From Dicyema japonicum (taxonomy: Eukaryota > Animalia > Dicyemida): a stretch of 64,000 nt of DNA. The stretch spans positions 1,041,222 through 1,105,221 of the forward strand of contig RDEW01000018.1 in assembly GCA_011109175.1 (NCBI GenBank), written 5' to 3'. Made by a program: the position numbers and the translations under genes. The notes under the pieces are model-generated. The model saw only the letters and a list, made by a program, of their open reading frames with translations, had not been told where the DNA came from and did no database searches. Shown piece by piece: positions 22,086-34,989 of the stretch (position 1 is its first letter; the number at the start of each line of letters is the position of its first letter).

Positions 22086-24281
22086 TTTTCCTTTATAGAG
22101 ATCAAGCTTTAGCATGACGCTCCCAATTGACTCATCAGCTCTTTAAGTTAATTTTTATTATTTGTCACTAAATTCTTATAAATCACATAAACACTTTCAA
22201 ATACAACTTGGAAATCATAGGGAGCAGTAACTGTTCCGCATTAATGTGGATGGCCGCTGTTTTTTGGAGGTAGGAAATTTTAGTTATTATTGTTATCGTC
22301 ACAAATTAAGAAAGGAAACACGACCATCAAGTGATCGCAGATTCCCTAAGTAGCCTCCTTACCTTTTCCTAATATTTGTATCGTTACTTGCCTCGCTTTC
22401 TATATGCTCGTGCTACATGTCATTCAGCTTCTGTTTTCCTCATAAGAAACTCGGCTGATTTTGGTCGTAACAGCAAATTATAAAACCTTTGTAGCCCCTT
22501 AGTACTGTTTCCTAAAAAGATCTTTTTTAGATTTGATTTAGACGGGTTTATACCCCACGCAGCACAATTATATCTTCGGTTGTATGTATTGCGTATACAG
22601 TAAGCTTAATGTGGAACTAAAGCAGCCTTTGCAGTGGCCAAGAAGGCTTAGATGGTTTTACGTTTTAAACAATTCTTACAACATTATACATTGTCTTTGA
22701 GTTCTAGTTAAACTCATCCAAAATTTCTTAGAGAAATGATGAGATCCCCAGAAGGTAAATATAGATGATTTTATCGATTGAAGTTAAAATTGATTAAAAG
22801 CAGCGCTTCCCGATTCGTTTTGAGTTCGCACCCCCCGATTTTATATCTAACAGAATTCGAACCGCACCAATTGGATGAACCAAGTGGTCAAGGTCAGAAG
22901 GTTGAGGAGGTGACATACCTCTATTGTAAGAGACATCTGAAACCCAAAGTCCTGAACAAAACAGTAACCAACACGCCAAGTCTCAGGATTCAAATCTCTA
23001 CTGAAAAAAAACTTTTAGGATCTTAGTGAGAATTCGCACATATAAAAAGATAGTTAATATGATTCTAAATATGTTAGCATGACAACAAATCCTGTATATC
23101 TCTGCAACCTAGCCGATACAAGAATTTAAGACATATTGTTTTCACAGTCATAGACAGCAGGCAAATGCTAAAGAAGATTCCTCCACCATATCAAAAGTTC
23201 ACCACGACGAAGACAACCCATGATTTTACATCAACTAGGGTCATTCATTACTTAAAAAACGCCCTGCTGGACAAAACGTTTTACTGTTTAAAATTCCGGT
23301 GTTTAAATAATTTTAGATAATAAAATCTCCGTATTGCTTTAAAAATCTTTCGATTAAAATTCCGACTCCATCGAAACTCTCTTATTTACTTCGATAAAAT
23401 TATTACAATCAGCTTCAAGCCTACTTCCACGTGTAGTCATAACTATGGATAGCCAATTTCAATAAATGTTTCGCTCCTTGTCGGATTCTATGATAGCCTT
23501 TATTGAAGAAATAAAATCAACGTCTTTAAAATATCCTCTGATTTTAGTCAACATTCGAGAAGATTAAACACTCAAGTTATGCAAATTTGTATATAAAACA
23601 ATACTTGTGCAAATATCATGTGTATTCACATACATCTGTCCCGAATATCGGTTTCCGTTGATCAAAACAAACACATTTTCAGTTCTCTAGCAAACGTAAG
23701 TAAAACATCGAAATAGCTTCTGTTAAGTTACCAAAATACTCTTTTCGGGAAGCGTAGGGAGGGTTACAAACCCCCAAACAAGCCTCGTAAGTTTTTACTG
23801 TTAAACTTAGATTCAACCAAGTTTTAGTGACCTCATTGATCAGTAGATGGAATGAGAAGATCAGATATTTTGTGGCACAATGCCTGTTGAGATTTTTTCG
23901 TAGACAAATGAATGAATCAAAAAACTGCTTTTACGTGTTCCACATAAGTCACAATAATATCCCTTGTGGGTTGATAGAAAATTGCCGGGGTATTTTTCTA
24001 ACAACAGTTTTGACTTGTTCAATGAGTAACAATGACAAATTAGCATTTTATTAAAAATAATATAATAAAATTTTTGACCTTGTTGACCGAAAAATGAAAT
24101 TTTTGTATTGATTCCACACTAAGGAATCAGAATGGTTCACCAAAAATCTGTCATAGCATCCGGGCTATTGATACCGTCTGGATTGATAGGTAAAATTTAT
24201 CATTTGAAAACATCTTAGAGTTTTATAAACCCAGTGCCGATTTCCTTCAAAAATAAAAAAATTTATTTTTAGTCAATAAAG

Positions 24282-24454
24282 CGAGGCTTGCCAGAAAGAA
24301 AAGGATCAACGAGAAGGGTAATGGCTGATCCAAAAAATTGGAATGGCCATACTCCGAGGGAACTCGTTCTCGATTTACGCAGCCGGCTTTCTCAACTAAC
24401 ATTTGTTTTTTTGTTAAATAATTGTCATTTAAAAAAAATAAATAAATAAAATAA
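24282..24454 (+). mobile_element. CRE-clade retrotransposon 3' tip
   Basis: QKIGMAILRGNSFSI C-terminus, near-identical to 26470-26620; flanked by an AATAAAG direct repeat. Confidence 0.8.
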
Positions 24455-24931
24455 AATAAAGTTGAAAATAGAAGAGTTATATAGATCGGTCCCTTTTTCC
24501 TTTAAAAAATAAAAAAAATATTTTGAGACAACAAAGCGATTAAGGAGAATAAAGTTAAAAATAGAGGACAAAAAATCGGTCCCTTAAAGTTATGGTTTAA
24601 GATTAAGGTTTAAGATTATGACTAAGCTTAGGTTTAGGGGGTTTTTTGGGTTATTGTATAGAATTGAGGTTTAGGATTGCAACCTTTGATTAATGATTAT
24701 TTGTAAATAAGTATTCAATATTATCGGGTTTTTTTCTAATTTTTTCGAATCTGCTTAAAGTAACGTTATTTCGGTTTTTTTCCTTGGGGGCTTAACATCT
24801 CCCTTGGGATTTAACTTCTCTTATTTTTCTTTGAAACAAATCTTAGTGGTTGTTAATGTTTTCAAAAGATGAATTGATCTTATAAACCCGGACAGCATCA
24901 ACGACCATCTTCTTATGAGATAAGACATTTA

Positions 24932-25907
24932 TTAATTTTTAACAATTGTTTTTTGTTGATAGTAAAACTCCCTCATTTTTTCAGGGGAAATATCAAGATG
25001 GTAAGAGACTGCGTTTTTACTGAGGCAAATATTTGCAGAATTCTGAGTGATAATAAATCCATTGACATTATATTTTATGACATGTGCTTCTTCTCCACAA
25101 ATTCCTTTAGAGTTATTTAATTTTTACCTGTAATTGCGATATCTTCCAAATGTATTAATTTTCTATTTTTACAAACTTCAACTATAGCATCTACTGCTGC
25201 CCTTGTCATAACATAGCACGTGCCGAAACAATATGGAGGATATTCATCTAAGGGATACTCATCGTAGGAAATTGCCCTTGGAATTTAACTTTGAAGTTAC
25301 CATTTTGAATTCTCTCTCTTCGGCTTAATATTCTTCAATAAAAAACCAAACAAAAAACGGCCATTTCGGTGCGGTTTCCAAACTGAGAAATCCTTAATGT
25401 TAAGGCTTCAATGTCGAAGAGGACATCGTCATCGACTTTAACAAAAAAAATAAATTTTCTAAAATTATAAAAAGCCCATCTTATTTTATTATTAAAAACC
25501 AACTTGAGAGCCTCAAGGCTTTTGATGCTCAAATTGAAGTAAGATTCGTAAAAGTCTGCGAATATAAGATCTCCATGTAGTTTTGTTCCTATCCAGATAA
25601 GAAGGTCGTCCAGTTTTATAGTGTCCCATGAAAAATACTAACGTTGCATTAAATGCCTTCATTGTTTTCTTATCACCCCACGTGTCTCTTATCGCCTGCT
25701 TCTTGCTTGATTTTTAGGTTCTAAGAAATAAATTAAATTTACCCGAAATTACCACTATCAAAGTTTTTTATATTTTTTCTCTATCAAAGTATCTATAGAG
25801 TGAATCTTGAAGACCAGGATAATGAATAGTAATATCACCTGAGCTAAAACTTCAAAAATATGTACTGCAATGACTGCTAGGAAACGTTTTCTCCTTAAAT
25901 ACATCAT
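24932..25907 (-). pseudogene. GT31 beta-1,3-galactosyltransferase copy A (disrupted)
   Basis: IRDTWG, DFYESYFNLSIKS, VKVDDDV, YPPYCFGTCY, LEDIAITG motifs, with frameshifts and an in-frame TAG. Confidence 0.85.
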
Positions 25908-26225
25908 TGTGAATAGTGTTTTCGTGAGAATATAAAATTGGAACGGCAAAACAATATTTATTCATTAATTCATATTCTTTGGTAAGCCCAGATTAAATAT
26001 TATTCAATACAATTGAAAAATTAAAATCAATAATATTAATAATTTAATGTGAATGTGGGCTATTCAATCAATTAAGCTTATCCAACAACATTTCCCAAAT
26101 TTCCAAAAAAACCATGTTCTTGGTCCAACTGCTCTTCTAAAAAAGATAAATTAAATTATTATAATTTTTAATAATATACATTTCAGTGATCTTAATTCTC
26201 ACATAAAAATCGCCGCTTAATAATT

Positions 26226-26628
26226 TTTCCTCTTTCACATCCGGAAGATCTTTGGTCTGGGACGGAACTTGTGTTGACACATTCTAATGCACGAATCTTT
26301 TCAAATCAGTTCAGACACCTGGAGCAGCTGCTTCGACCGCGGAAAACCTAAAAATCAAGAAATATTCTTTCCTCGGGGACCGCTACCGATTTACTCCTGT
26401 TACGGCTGAGTCATCGGGAGCCGTTGATCCAGTTACGGCTGAGTTCTTGCGCGAACTCGGAGAAATGCTTTCCAGAAAGAAAAGGGATCAACAAGTAGGG
26501 CAATGGCTGAGACAAAAGATTGGAATGGCCATACTCCGAGGGAACTCGTTTTCGATCCACGCAGCCGGCTTCCTCAACTAACATTTGTTTCTTTGTTAAA
26601 TAATTGTCTTTAATTTGCTAAAAAATAA
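26226..26628 (+). mobile_element. CRE-clade retrotransposon 3' fragment
   Basis: SLVWDGTCVD, RYRFTPVTAESSG, WLRQKIGMAILRGN; TAATAATT direct repeats at 26218-26225 and 26629-26636. Confidence 0.85.
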
Positions 26629-26875
26629 TAATAATTCATGTCGAATGGCGAAGTGTAACGAGTTGCGGGAAATATGCTTGATGGCCCCTAATTCGAATCT
26701 CGCATGACTCTAAAACTCTAATAATTGACTCGAGTCAATGTTTCCCTAACACCAATGATTAGGGCGATTTTTTTACTTTAGAAATTCGAAAGTTTGACCT
26801 AAAAATTGACTTTATTGACTTTAAGATTTCAAAATTTTTACCATTTTTGACAAAAATTTTTTTAATGTGAAAGAC

Positions 26876-27025
26876 AGTGGTTGGGTGTCGGGCAAAGTGG
26901 CTTAGGTCACGGGTTCGATTCTCGCTGCTGTTCACCTGGTGGAAGCTAAAAATGACTTGACGAGTGACGCGTCATCAGTGGACATCACTGCGGAACTGGA
27001 TAGTCTAAAAGGACATACTTCATCA
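26876..27025 (+). mobile_element. tRNA-derived SINE (family A)
   Basis: GGGTTCGATTCTCGCTGCTGTTCACCTGGTGGAAG head and TGACGAGTGACG...CACTGCGGAACTGG core shared with 47826. Confidence 0.8.
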
Positions 27026-27289
27026 AACTATAGATATTTTCAGTTTATTAAAATTTTTGCGATAATATTAAACAAGTTCCCCTTCTGCTAAGAATTATTT
27101 TGGGTAGATTGCAGGAAATAAAAAGATCAACGCCTTTAAAATATCCTCTGATTTTCAAAAATCAATGAAAATTTTGACTTTTTTAAAATTATAACTTTTG
27201 ATTTATACAATATTTTTGATTAATCAAATTTTATAAAAATTAAACAATTTTAAAAAACAGTAACAAGTTAGGGGGTACTGAGCGGATTC

Positions 27290-27720
27290 TTTAAAGGATG
27301 ATCCGAATTCTACTTTCCAACACTGAGCTCCTTGTGAGAGTCGAAAAGACCTATTCAAGAAAATTTGAAACAAACACGGGCACTCCACAAGGAGACTCTC
27401 GTTCTCCTCTACTATTCACAATTCACTTGGAAGCCGCTACGAGGGAACTTAGACCGTTATACCAAGGAAAGACGGAAGAAGTGATCTACGCGGACGATGT
27501 AGACCTAATTTCTGAAGACAAAGAGATCCTGAAACACCTATTAGAAACAGCACCAGATGTACTAGGGAAATGATTTCTTACTGTGAACAGAGAGAGAACA
27601 GAATTCAGAGATAAGAAGGATGAGTAACGCCCTAGAAGAGAAGTGGCGACAAGTAAAGAAACTCGGTTCACTTATCGGTTCACTTATGGGAGATAGCGAA
27701 GATATATCCAAAAGAATTTT
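27290..27720 (+). mobile_element. RTE-like RT fragment
   Basis: GTPQGDSRSPLLF, YADDVDL. Confidence 0.8.
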
Positions 27721-30363
27721 CATTGGACTGAAGTTACACGTAAATTATGTAATTTACGTGTAACTTCCAAGAAGCAACGGTTTATCGAAAAGCACAGGCA
27801 AGCTCAAAAGCGTATTGCAAGGATTCCAAATACGAATAATACATTATATTTGTGGATTTATTTATCAAAAGCACAAAAAATCAATCAAAAATGATCCCCG
27901 CCGACATAATCGTCGATGATGTCTATAGCCGACATAATCGTCGATGATGTCTATAACAGTCGACAGTACCACCGCACCGGCACTTATGAGTCTGGCAAAT
28001 CTTCAGTTCAAGTCTGATGGAGATACCGGTGCGGACATTATCGTCATCAAGGTGGGTCCCGACGCTACCAAAGGGGAGGACATTGTTCCGAGCGCCATTC
28101 CATTCGCATCTACCAGTGACTAGACAGGCACGTCGGTGTATGTTTAATGGGTTCAGAGGCCTCTCTATTTATCCTCGCATACATTATATTAAAGACTACT
28201 GATTGTTCTGTATCTTCCAGACCCATTTATCTGCAAACATACCGCATTATAATCTACCAACTCCTGCAATCAAACTTTTTCGACAAATGTGGTCATTTTT
28301 TCCTTCGGATACCAAATTATCGTTATTTATAGTAAGTTTGTGTGTCTGTCTGTTTGTTATCGATTTTTATGCCTACGGCCATTTCTATAGGTGGATCCAA
28401 CTGAGGTAGTGTGATCATTTCAATATAAAGGAAGATTGGGACATCTAGGACAGAATAATGCCACGTGGATGGGTCCCCAGATAAATTATATGTTATGTTA
28501 TCCAAATTAAGTCTGTCCGACCCTTGGAGATCTCATGAGCAATTTGGAGCATCCTTGATATAGGCATTCTCTTGACGTCTTCTACCGTGGATAGCCACCG
28601 AGTCCTCGGTCGACCAGGTCTTCTCTTCCCAGTAATATTGCTCTGCATAATGGTTCTTTCCAGGAATCAGAGCGGACAACATTCCAAGCTCCGTCACCAT
28701 TTCGATTAATAGACATCCCAGAAAGACAACATTATCGCAACTCTATTTTCTCACTCCCAATTTTTAGTTCCATTATTCCATTATTAGCAGTCTTCATAAA
28801 TCCAAGATAAAAAGCTCGAAAATTTTAATTTTCTAAAATAATGTTAAAATGAGATTTTCGAGATCAAATCGAGGATAATGGCCACGTGGTAGGTTTCCAA
28901 GATAGAAGAGGTCGAAAATTTGATATTAATGCTAAATGAGATTTTGGGGAGGAATTCAGCTTTAGGGAGCACGTAGACAGGTCCTCATGTTATCAGAGTA
29001 TTCTGGCTGCGACTAAGAAACTTTTAGGTATTATTATAAGAAAATCAAAATTTCAACCTCTTAACTCTGGGACATATACCTTGTGGTTTCTAACCATCCT
29101 TTATACTATAAGTATCATTTTTACATTATTCTGTCCAGGTAAAGAAAAAAACCGAAAAAAGTGATTCTATGTGTGTCAATTTAGAATTTTCTAGACTTTC
29201 GCTACGGTCACACTGTCTGTTGTGGAGCATGTTAATGGAGAAAGGATAACCTTTACAGGCAAATGTGGCACATTTGAACAAACGGGTTATTTGGAAATTC
29301 TAAACTATTAGTAATGATGCTCGTTTCACTCGTTGGAACTGAGAGTTTGTTGATCAGTGAACCTCTTGAATATTTACAATTGGATCTATTCCTTACATGA
29401 ATAAGTTCCTATTCCTTATTTTTGAAATTGTTACCTTAATTTGTTACCCCCGTCGACATAATTGATCTGTTCTCACGATAGCAACAATTTAAAGTGGAGG
29501 AGCGACTGGGTTTCTGGACCTTATGTTTTCTGAGACAAGCTAGACGTCTTTCACCTGTCATTAACAAGAATGAATTTAAAATACCTTTCTTAAATTATTA
29601 CCCCCAACCAAGACAGATCCTCCTTCACGTTGAGTCCCGATGGTCAGGACAAATAAATTACCACAGTCAGAATGATCCGCATCCAATCCGACCATCGTGT
29701 CTTAAAGATCCGCAACTGTGGGAATCTCTCTAGTGGAGTATGGAAGATAGAGATTTTTTAGATGGCGACAAGTCATTAGGCGTCTCTTTAGAAGGGTGGA
29801 TCACATTACGCCATTTAGTATTTAAAAAGGCACAAAGAAGAAAAGAATACTTCGACCATGTAGGTACCGGGGGGAAATGTAGCACACAGCTAATCGGGAC
29901 AGCTTAACTACCATATTGCAAATAGGCAAGGATTCCCTCTCCTTCCCATACTCACAACACTTCCAATGAGAGCTCAAGTCAGCATCTGTATAAGCAATCT
30001 GACGATAGTGTTAAATACGGTTGATGATAGCGCTCATAAATACCGACTTTGTGAATCTACCACCTTTAAACTCAAGGCCCAGTAATGAATGAGGCACTCC
30101 TGGGTAAAAATATAATCCTTGACTTAGGGTTAGAGGATCAAGGATTAAAACCACTCTATAGAGTGACTCTTAGTACCCCGAATGGATGATCCACAAATCT
30201 GCACTAAAAACGCCTTCACTACTTACGTTAACCCTAATTGGAGTCAACAGCCATTTTGGCCTAGGACAGTCCGTCACAGCGCGGGTTCCCATTTACCCCC
30301 ATTTGAAAACTTTACAGAGGAATTTTATTTAGTGAGACCGGTCAGTCACAAAAGTTTAAAATA

Positions 30364-30846
30364 TCATTCCGATTCGTCCTCAGAATCCACCCTCTTTATA
30401 TTTTTCGGAGTAGATACCACGTGGCAAGGCTAGCATATAAATTTGACACAACCGTATCATCAGCAGGACTCTCCTCCTTGTTCTCTTCTGATACTTTCGG
30501 TAATGGGAGGTCAATCGACATGATACTTAAGTCACTGGCCAGGATATCATCAATGTTTCTGGTAGAAATATTTTTCGGAGTATATAAATGGGAGATTCCG
30601 TAGTTAAATTCGGATTCAAAACTGGATTCAAATAAAGTTTGATTCTCCCGGCGTTTGATATTTCTAAATGGAGTCGTCAACCAACCTCATAGCAGAACAT
30701 TCCATCTGGGACTTGCAAATGTCCTTGCTGAATAGCAGGGATTTGTCGCTTATAGACCACTTGAGATTTCCGTGAGAATCCTTCAGTTGAGTTAAAACAC
30801 CCACCAAAGTTTTCTTGAGTAAATCAGCCTTCTGAGAAGCCGTCAT
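30364..30846 (-). CDS. orphan acidic low-complexity protein; true start may be further upstream (~30973)
   Basis: Two 22-23 nt GT-AG introns join MTASQKADLL...SAMR|NIKRRENQ...ADDT|PCHVVSTPKNIKRVDSEDESE*; repeated TPKNI motif; AT-rich tract upstream at 31030-31090. Confidence 0.65.
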
Positions 30847-31869
30847 TAAACCAGGAGTGGCCTTTTTTGACTTAAATATGGCTTTTTTTCTTATTAGTTG
30901 GGAGGCGCTTGATCTGTTGCTTGACTATTGGGCTTTCCATTTTTTTTCGTTTTAGTTTTGAATTTTTCTCCATCAAACTTTATTAAAATAACTCGAAATA
31001 GTCCACAACATTCAAGTTTTTAAAATCCGCAATCTAAATTTAAAAATATTAATAATTATAAAAATATTGATTATTGTATAATTTTATTATCCAATAAGTT
31101 ATACGCGGACGACATCACGTGTTAGTAAGTTTGTTGTTATCGTGGTCTTTGAAATTTTTTCTTTTAAATTTCAAGGTACGCTGAACATCCTAGCCGCTTA
31201 TTGATGTGTTTCCCACGAATCCTTTAAAACTCTTTTTGCGATATGTAAACTAGAATGAAAACGTCCTCCTCAATGACGTGTCTATCTCAGTCACCACCAC
31301 ACAACAAATCTTAGGGTCACATTCGACCATGGACTATCCTTCTCTTAGAATGTTCCCTCTTACGATTTGTATGGAAATGTGATCTCAACAAACCATCCCT
31401 CTCTCCGTCTGTGCCTCCTTTGCTGTCAACACTCCGATGGCGATTGGGTCATAGAAGAAAACGATTTGGTTCATAGAATTCTCAAGGTGAAAAAGAACTA
31501 TCCTTTTAATGTCCCGTATTGTTTCAGTTTCGTCTCTCGCTGAGGCCGATCGTTAGTGAGGATTGAAAAAAAATCAGCGCCCCCAAGTCAGTTATTTCCC
31601 ACCTTTCCATTAAAAGAGTTGTCGGCCTTATTTTACCATGATTTTAATTTGATTTTTTACAAGTGATCTATCCCTCGAGTGACATAGTCTCTGACTTTTT
31701 TACCATTTGTAGGCTGATATGTTTAATTTCGGAAAGAATCCAATGCTCGGTTAAGAGATATCTCGTGTAAATATTATCCTCAGGATTTTAAAGGGACCGT
31801 CACGCGTGATTCTTTTTTTCAATGCCGTCATGGGTAAGCTTATCTACTTCACAGTTTCCCGAATCTTCA

Positions 31870-32600
31870 TTTTCTAGCACGAGTTGACAAATTGCGTCAT
31901 CCAAGGATCTATCCGCCCGTTACTTTGTACCTTGAAATGATATATCTCTTGCTGTGTTGAAAAGATCGGTAGAAGAGGGACACTCCATGGATTCCTAGAA
32001 AGGGCATAAAAAACTTGACGATTTTCCTGATTAAAACATTCATGCATTGCGAGACTTGCACTTTCCAAATATCAGTTTTCTCCCAACAAAGTGCGACAAC
32101 ATCATGGGTCCCCTTCTCTTATTTGAATGAACGATTGGAACCAACGCCATAATTGAAGATATAACTTGTCCAAACCTCCAATAGCGATCATGTCGAACAA
32201 AAAACTAGGCAACAAGGATTCATCCAATGACACGTTTTAAAGGGGTTCAAAAAATAATCCGTCTCTCTTCTTAAGACAGTCAAATGATCGTTTGATGAGT
32301 CACATTTCAATTTTCTGGCTATATTCGAGCCAAAATTGTCAAACACGTGGCCCTTTGTAAGCAAGCATGCGACCCGCACAGATGATTGTCATATAGTCTA
32401 CGACATTGGTTCGGACCGCTCATTAAAATGGGACACAAGAGAAATCCAGTGGATTTCTGTCAATGGCGTCTAATTGACAGGTTGCGGTTAAAAGCGTTCT
32501 ACTTGGTCAGAAGACATTCACACGCTTTAACTTTACGCTCGCCCTTATATATGAACGCTCCAATTCAGTCAGCTGCTAAAAGGCATGAATAATCAGTTCA
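31870..32600 (-). mobile_element. possible highly degraded Gypsy pol remnant
   Basis: QVFYALSRNP resembles the RNase H end motif (ADALSR); other motifs are barely visible. Confidence 0.3.
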
Positions 32601-33539
32601 TGGATGTTCCATTCTATACAGCAGTCCGTTGGTTGTGACACACAAAGTACTCACGATTTTATTTGCTAAGACCAGAAATCGCTTTATTTTTGAGATGAAA
32701 GGTAAAACAGAGATGAAATAAAAGATGAAAATTGGATCCAGGATTTAGGTTCGCAGTAGACATTACTGCATATTTGAGGATCTGAATTTGAAATTACAAG
32801 CCAAAAACAAATCATCACTCACTTGTATGACAACATCATGACAAAACTAAGCTTATAGAAGTCACATGGAAATTTTGTTATACAAAAAATTATCATGAAA
32901 AAACGGCACCTCAGGACAGATTAAAGAGTGATTTGATAATATCGAAAAAATAATTAAATTTGTTATATTTGTGGTTGTGGAGCGTTAGCGTAATATAGTA
33001 GTTGTATTAGGCTTGCAAATATTAAATACACCTCAATAAGATTACGGTGTTTTTCAGATTTGTTAGTGTGGCCCGCTTGTATACTCAAATTATCTAATGC
33101 GGCCCCAGGAGCGATTGAGATGCGAGCTCTAATTTCCTGGAAGCAGGAACTGAATCTTTCCTTAATGGTTTCAAATAACTGTCTAACTGTAAGAACACGT
33201 TATAATCAATAAGAATTATTCGGTCATAATTGCTCGTTCCAGTATTTATGGTGGTTGTATCTAGGCAGTTACAATGTTCGAAAGCTCCTTGCATCCAGAA
33301 TATACTCAATCTTGTATAAACTTAATCAGCGTCTTTCTCGAAGCTTGTGTTTCTCACACCGTCAAAGATTTTTAAAAGAATATAAGGGTTGCTGACTAAA
33401 CCAGAAATGGGTGTTAATATCTTTAAGTTAATTTATCATTTCATGACCAGAGCCAACTCAGTCATCAACAGCAAAATTATCTTCCCTTCAATATACGGAT
33501 TCATGTACAACTTATTCACTTATTTAATTCTACTTTCAG

Positions 33540-34720
33540 AAACGGATGTAAAAGAAGCACTGCTCAATACAAAGACTACCTACTCCCACGGCCCAGATGG
33601 AATCCCTGTTATCCTGCAGAAAAATCTTGGACCGGAGGGATAGGACCCTTACAAAAATATAATTGGTCTTTAAGGGAAAATGCGATCCCCTCACTATGGA
33701 AACTCGCCTACATCCGCCCGATATTGAAGATGGGAAAACCAAAAAACGACCTGGCATCGTTGCTATCTTCAATGTCGAAAATTCTGGAAAAACTAGTTCT
33801 TCAGAAGATCAAGGAACAATTCCAGAAAAAGGATTCCAACACGGATTTATATCCATTCACTCGACGGATACCCATTTACAATCCCTGAGTGATTATATTC
33901 GTTCGGAGTTCACCAACAAAGCTTGGCATAAAAAGACAATTGTATTTTCTGTAGACAGTAACAAAGCATTCGACTCTATCCCAAGAAACAGACTCACCAT
34001 GAAAATCTATCAGACGGATATACTTGAAAATTTCAAACTCTGGACTGTGAATTCCCTCGGTGGACAAAGAGGACGAGTCTGTTTAGAAACCTACGGTCGA
34101 GCTCTCGTTTAATTCCAAATGGAATACCCCAAGGATCTCCTCTGTCCCCTATACTCTTCAACTTTTCTAGAATGATATCCCGACTCCGAGCATGAGGATG
34201 ACCTTCTACTGGCTTATGCAGATGATACTGTTATTGAATACAGGGACCGAGACGTTCAGGTGGCCTCTGAGAGATTACATTACTTGCTTAATCTATTGGT
34301 TAGATGATAACAGTCCGTCGATCAGCCCGGAAAAATCGGTTACGTCTCTCCTTACCTCTGATAAGAGAATATCCAACAGGACAGTGGATATAGAAGTAGA
34401 TGGAAGCAAGTTGCCATTCCAAAAATGGTAGAAGATCCTGGGAGTAGTATTCGACACTCATATGACTTTCTCGCACCACGTGAGGAATGTTTTAAACAAA
34501 TGTGAAAAGAAGATCAACCTCTTGAAGGGGATCTCTGGTTAATGGAAGATCGGAAGTCATCCCGTTCTGAATTCACAATACAGCCAGTACATCGAGCCAT
34601 GAATACCATATGCATGAGGCCATGCATATCATACCCTCAAATATCTTGGACGATTGCCCAGAGAATTGCGGCAATTCAATAAAAAAGCGTTTTTCGTGAT
34701 AGAAAACTGGATCAAAGGCG
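33540..34720 (+). mobile_element. degraded LINE RT
   Basis: GPDGIP, VDSNKAFDSIP, GIPQGSPLSP, AYADD, KILGVVFDTHMTF. Confidence 0.85.
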
Positions 34721-34989
34721 ATCTAAATTATACACCCACCTTCTTTGAAGACATAATAAGAAGAAAAAGAGGCCAAACTCAACGATACCAGAGGATCACT
34801 CGTTTACTGCGTGCTTGTGTTGGATCGAGGGAAGACCACCGGGCCAAGCTGAGACCCTATTGAAATTCGTCGGGATCACATAATTTCTTGTTTTTGTTAA
34901 CTGTGGTCTTTGGAAATAAATTTCAATTTTAATTTTTATTTAATTATAAATAAAATTTAAAAAAACAATAAAATAAATAAATAACTTTT

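Noticed and set aside
24590-24680. Interstitial telomeric repeats
   Set aside because: Too degenerate (TTAAGG/TTAGG mix); more likely the internal microsatellite of a non-autonomous element
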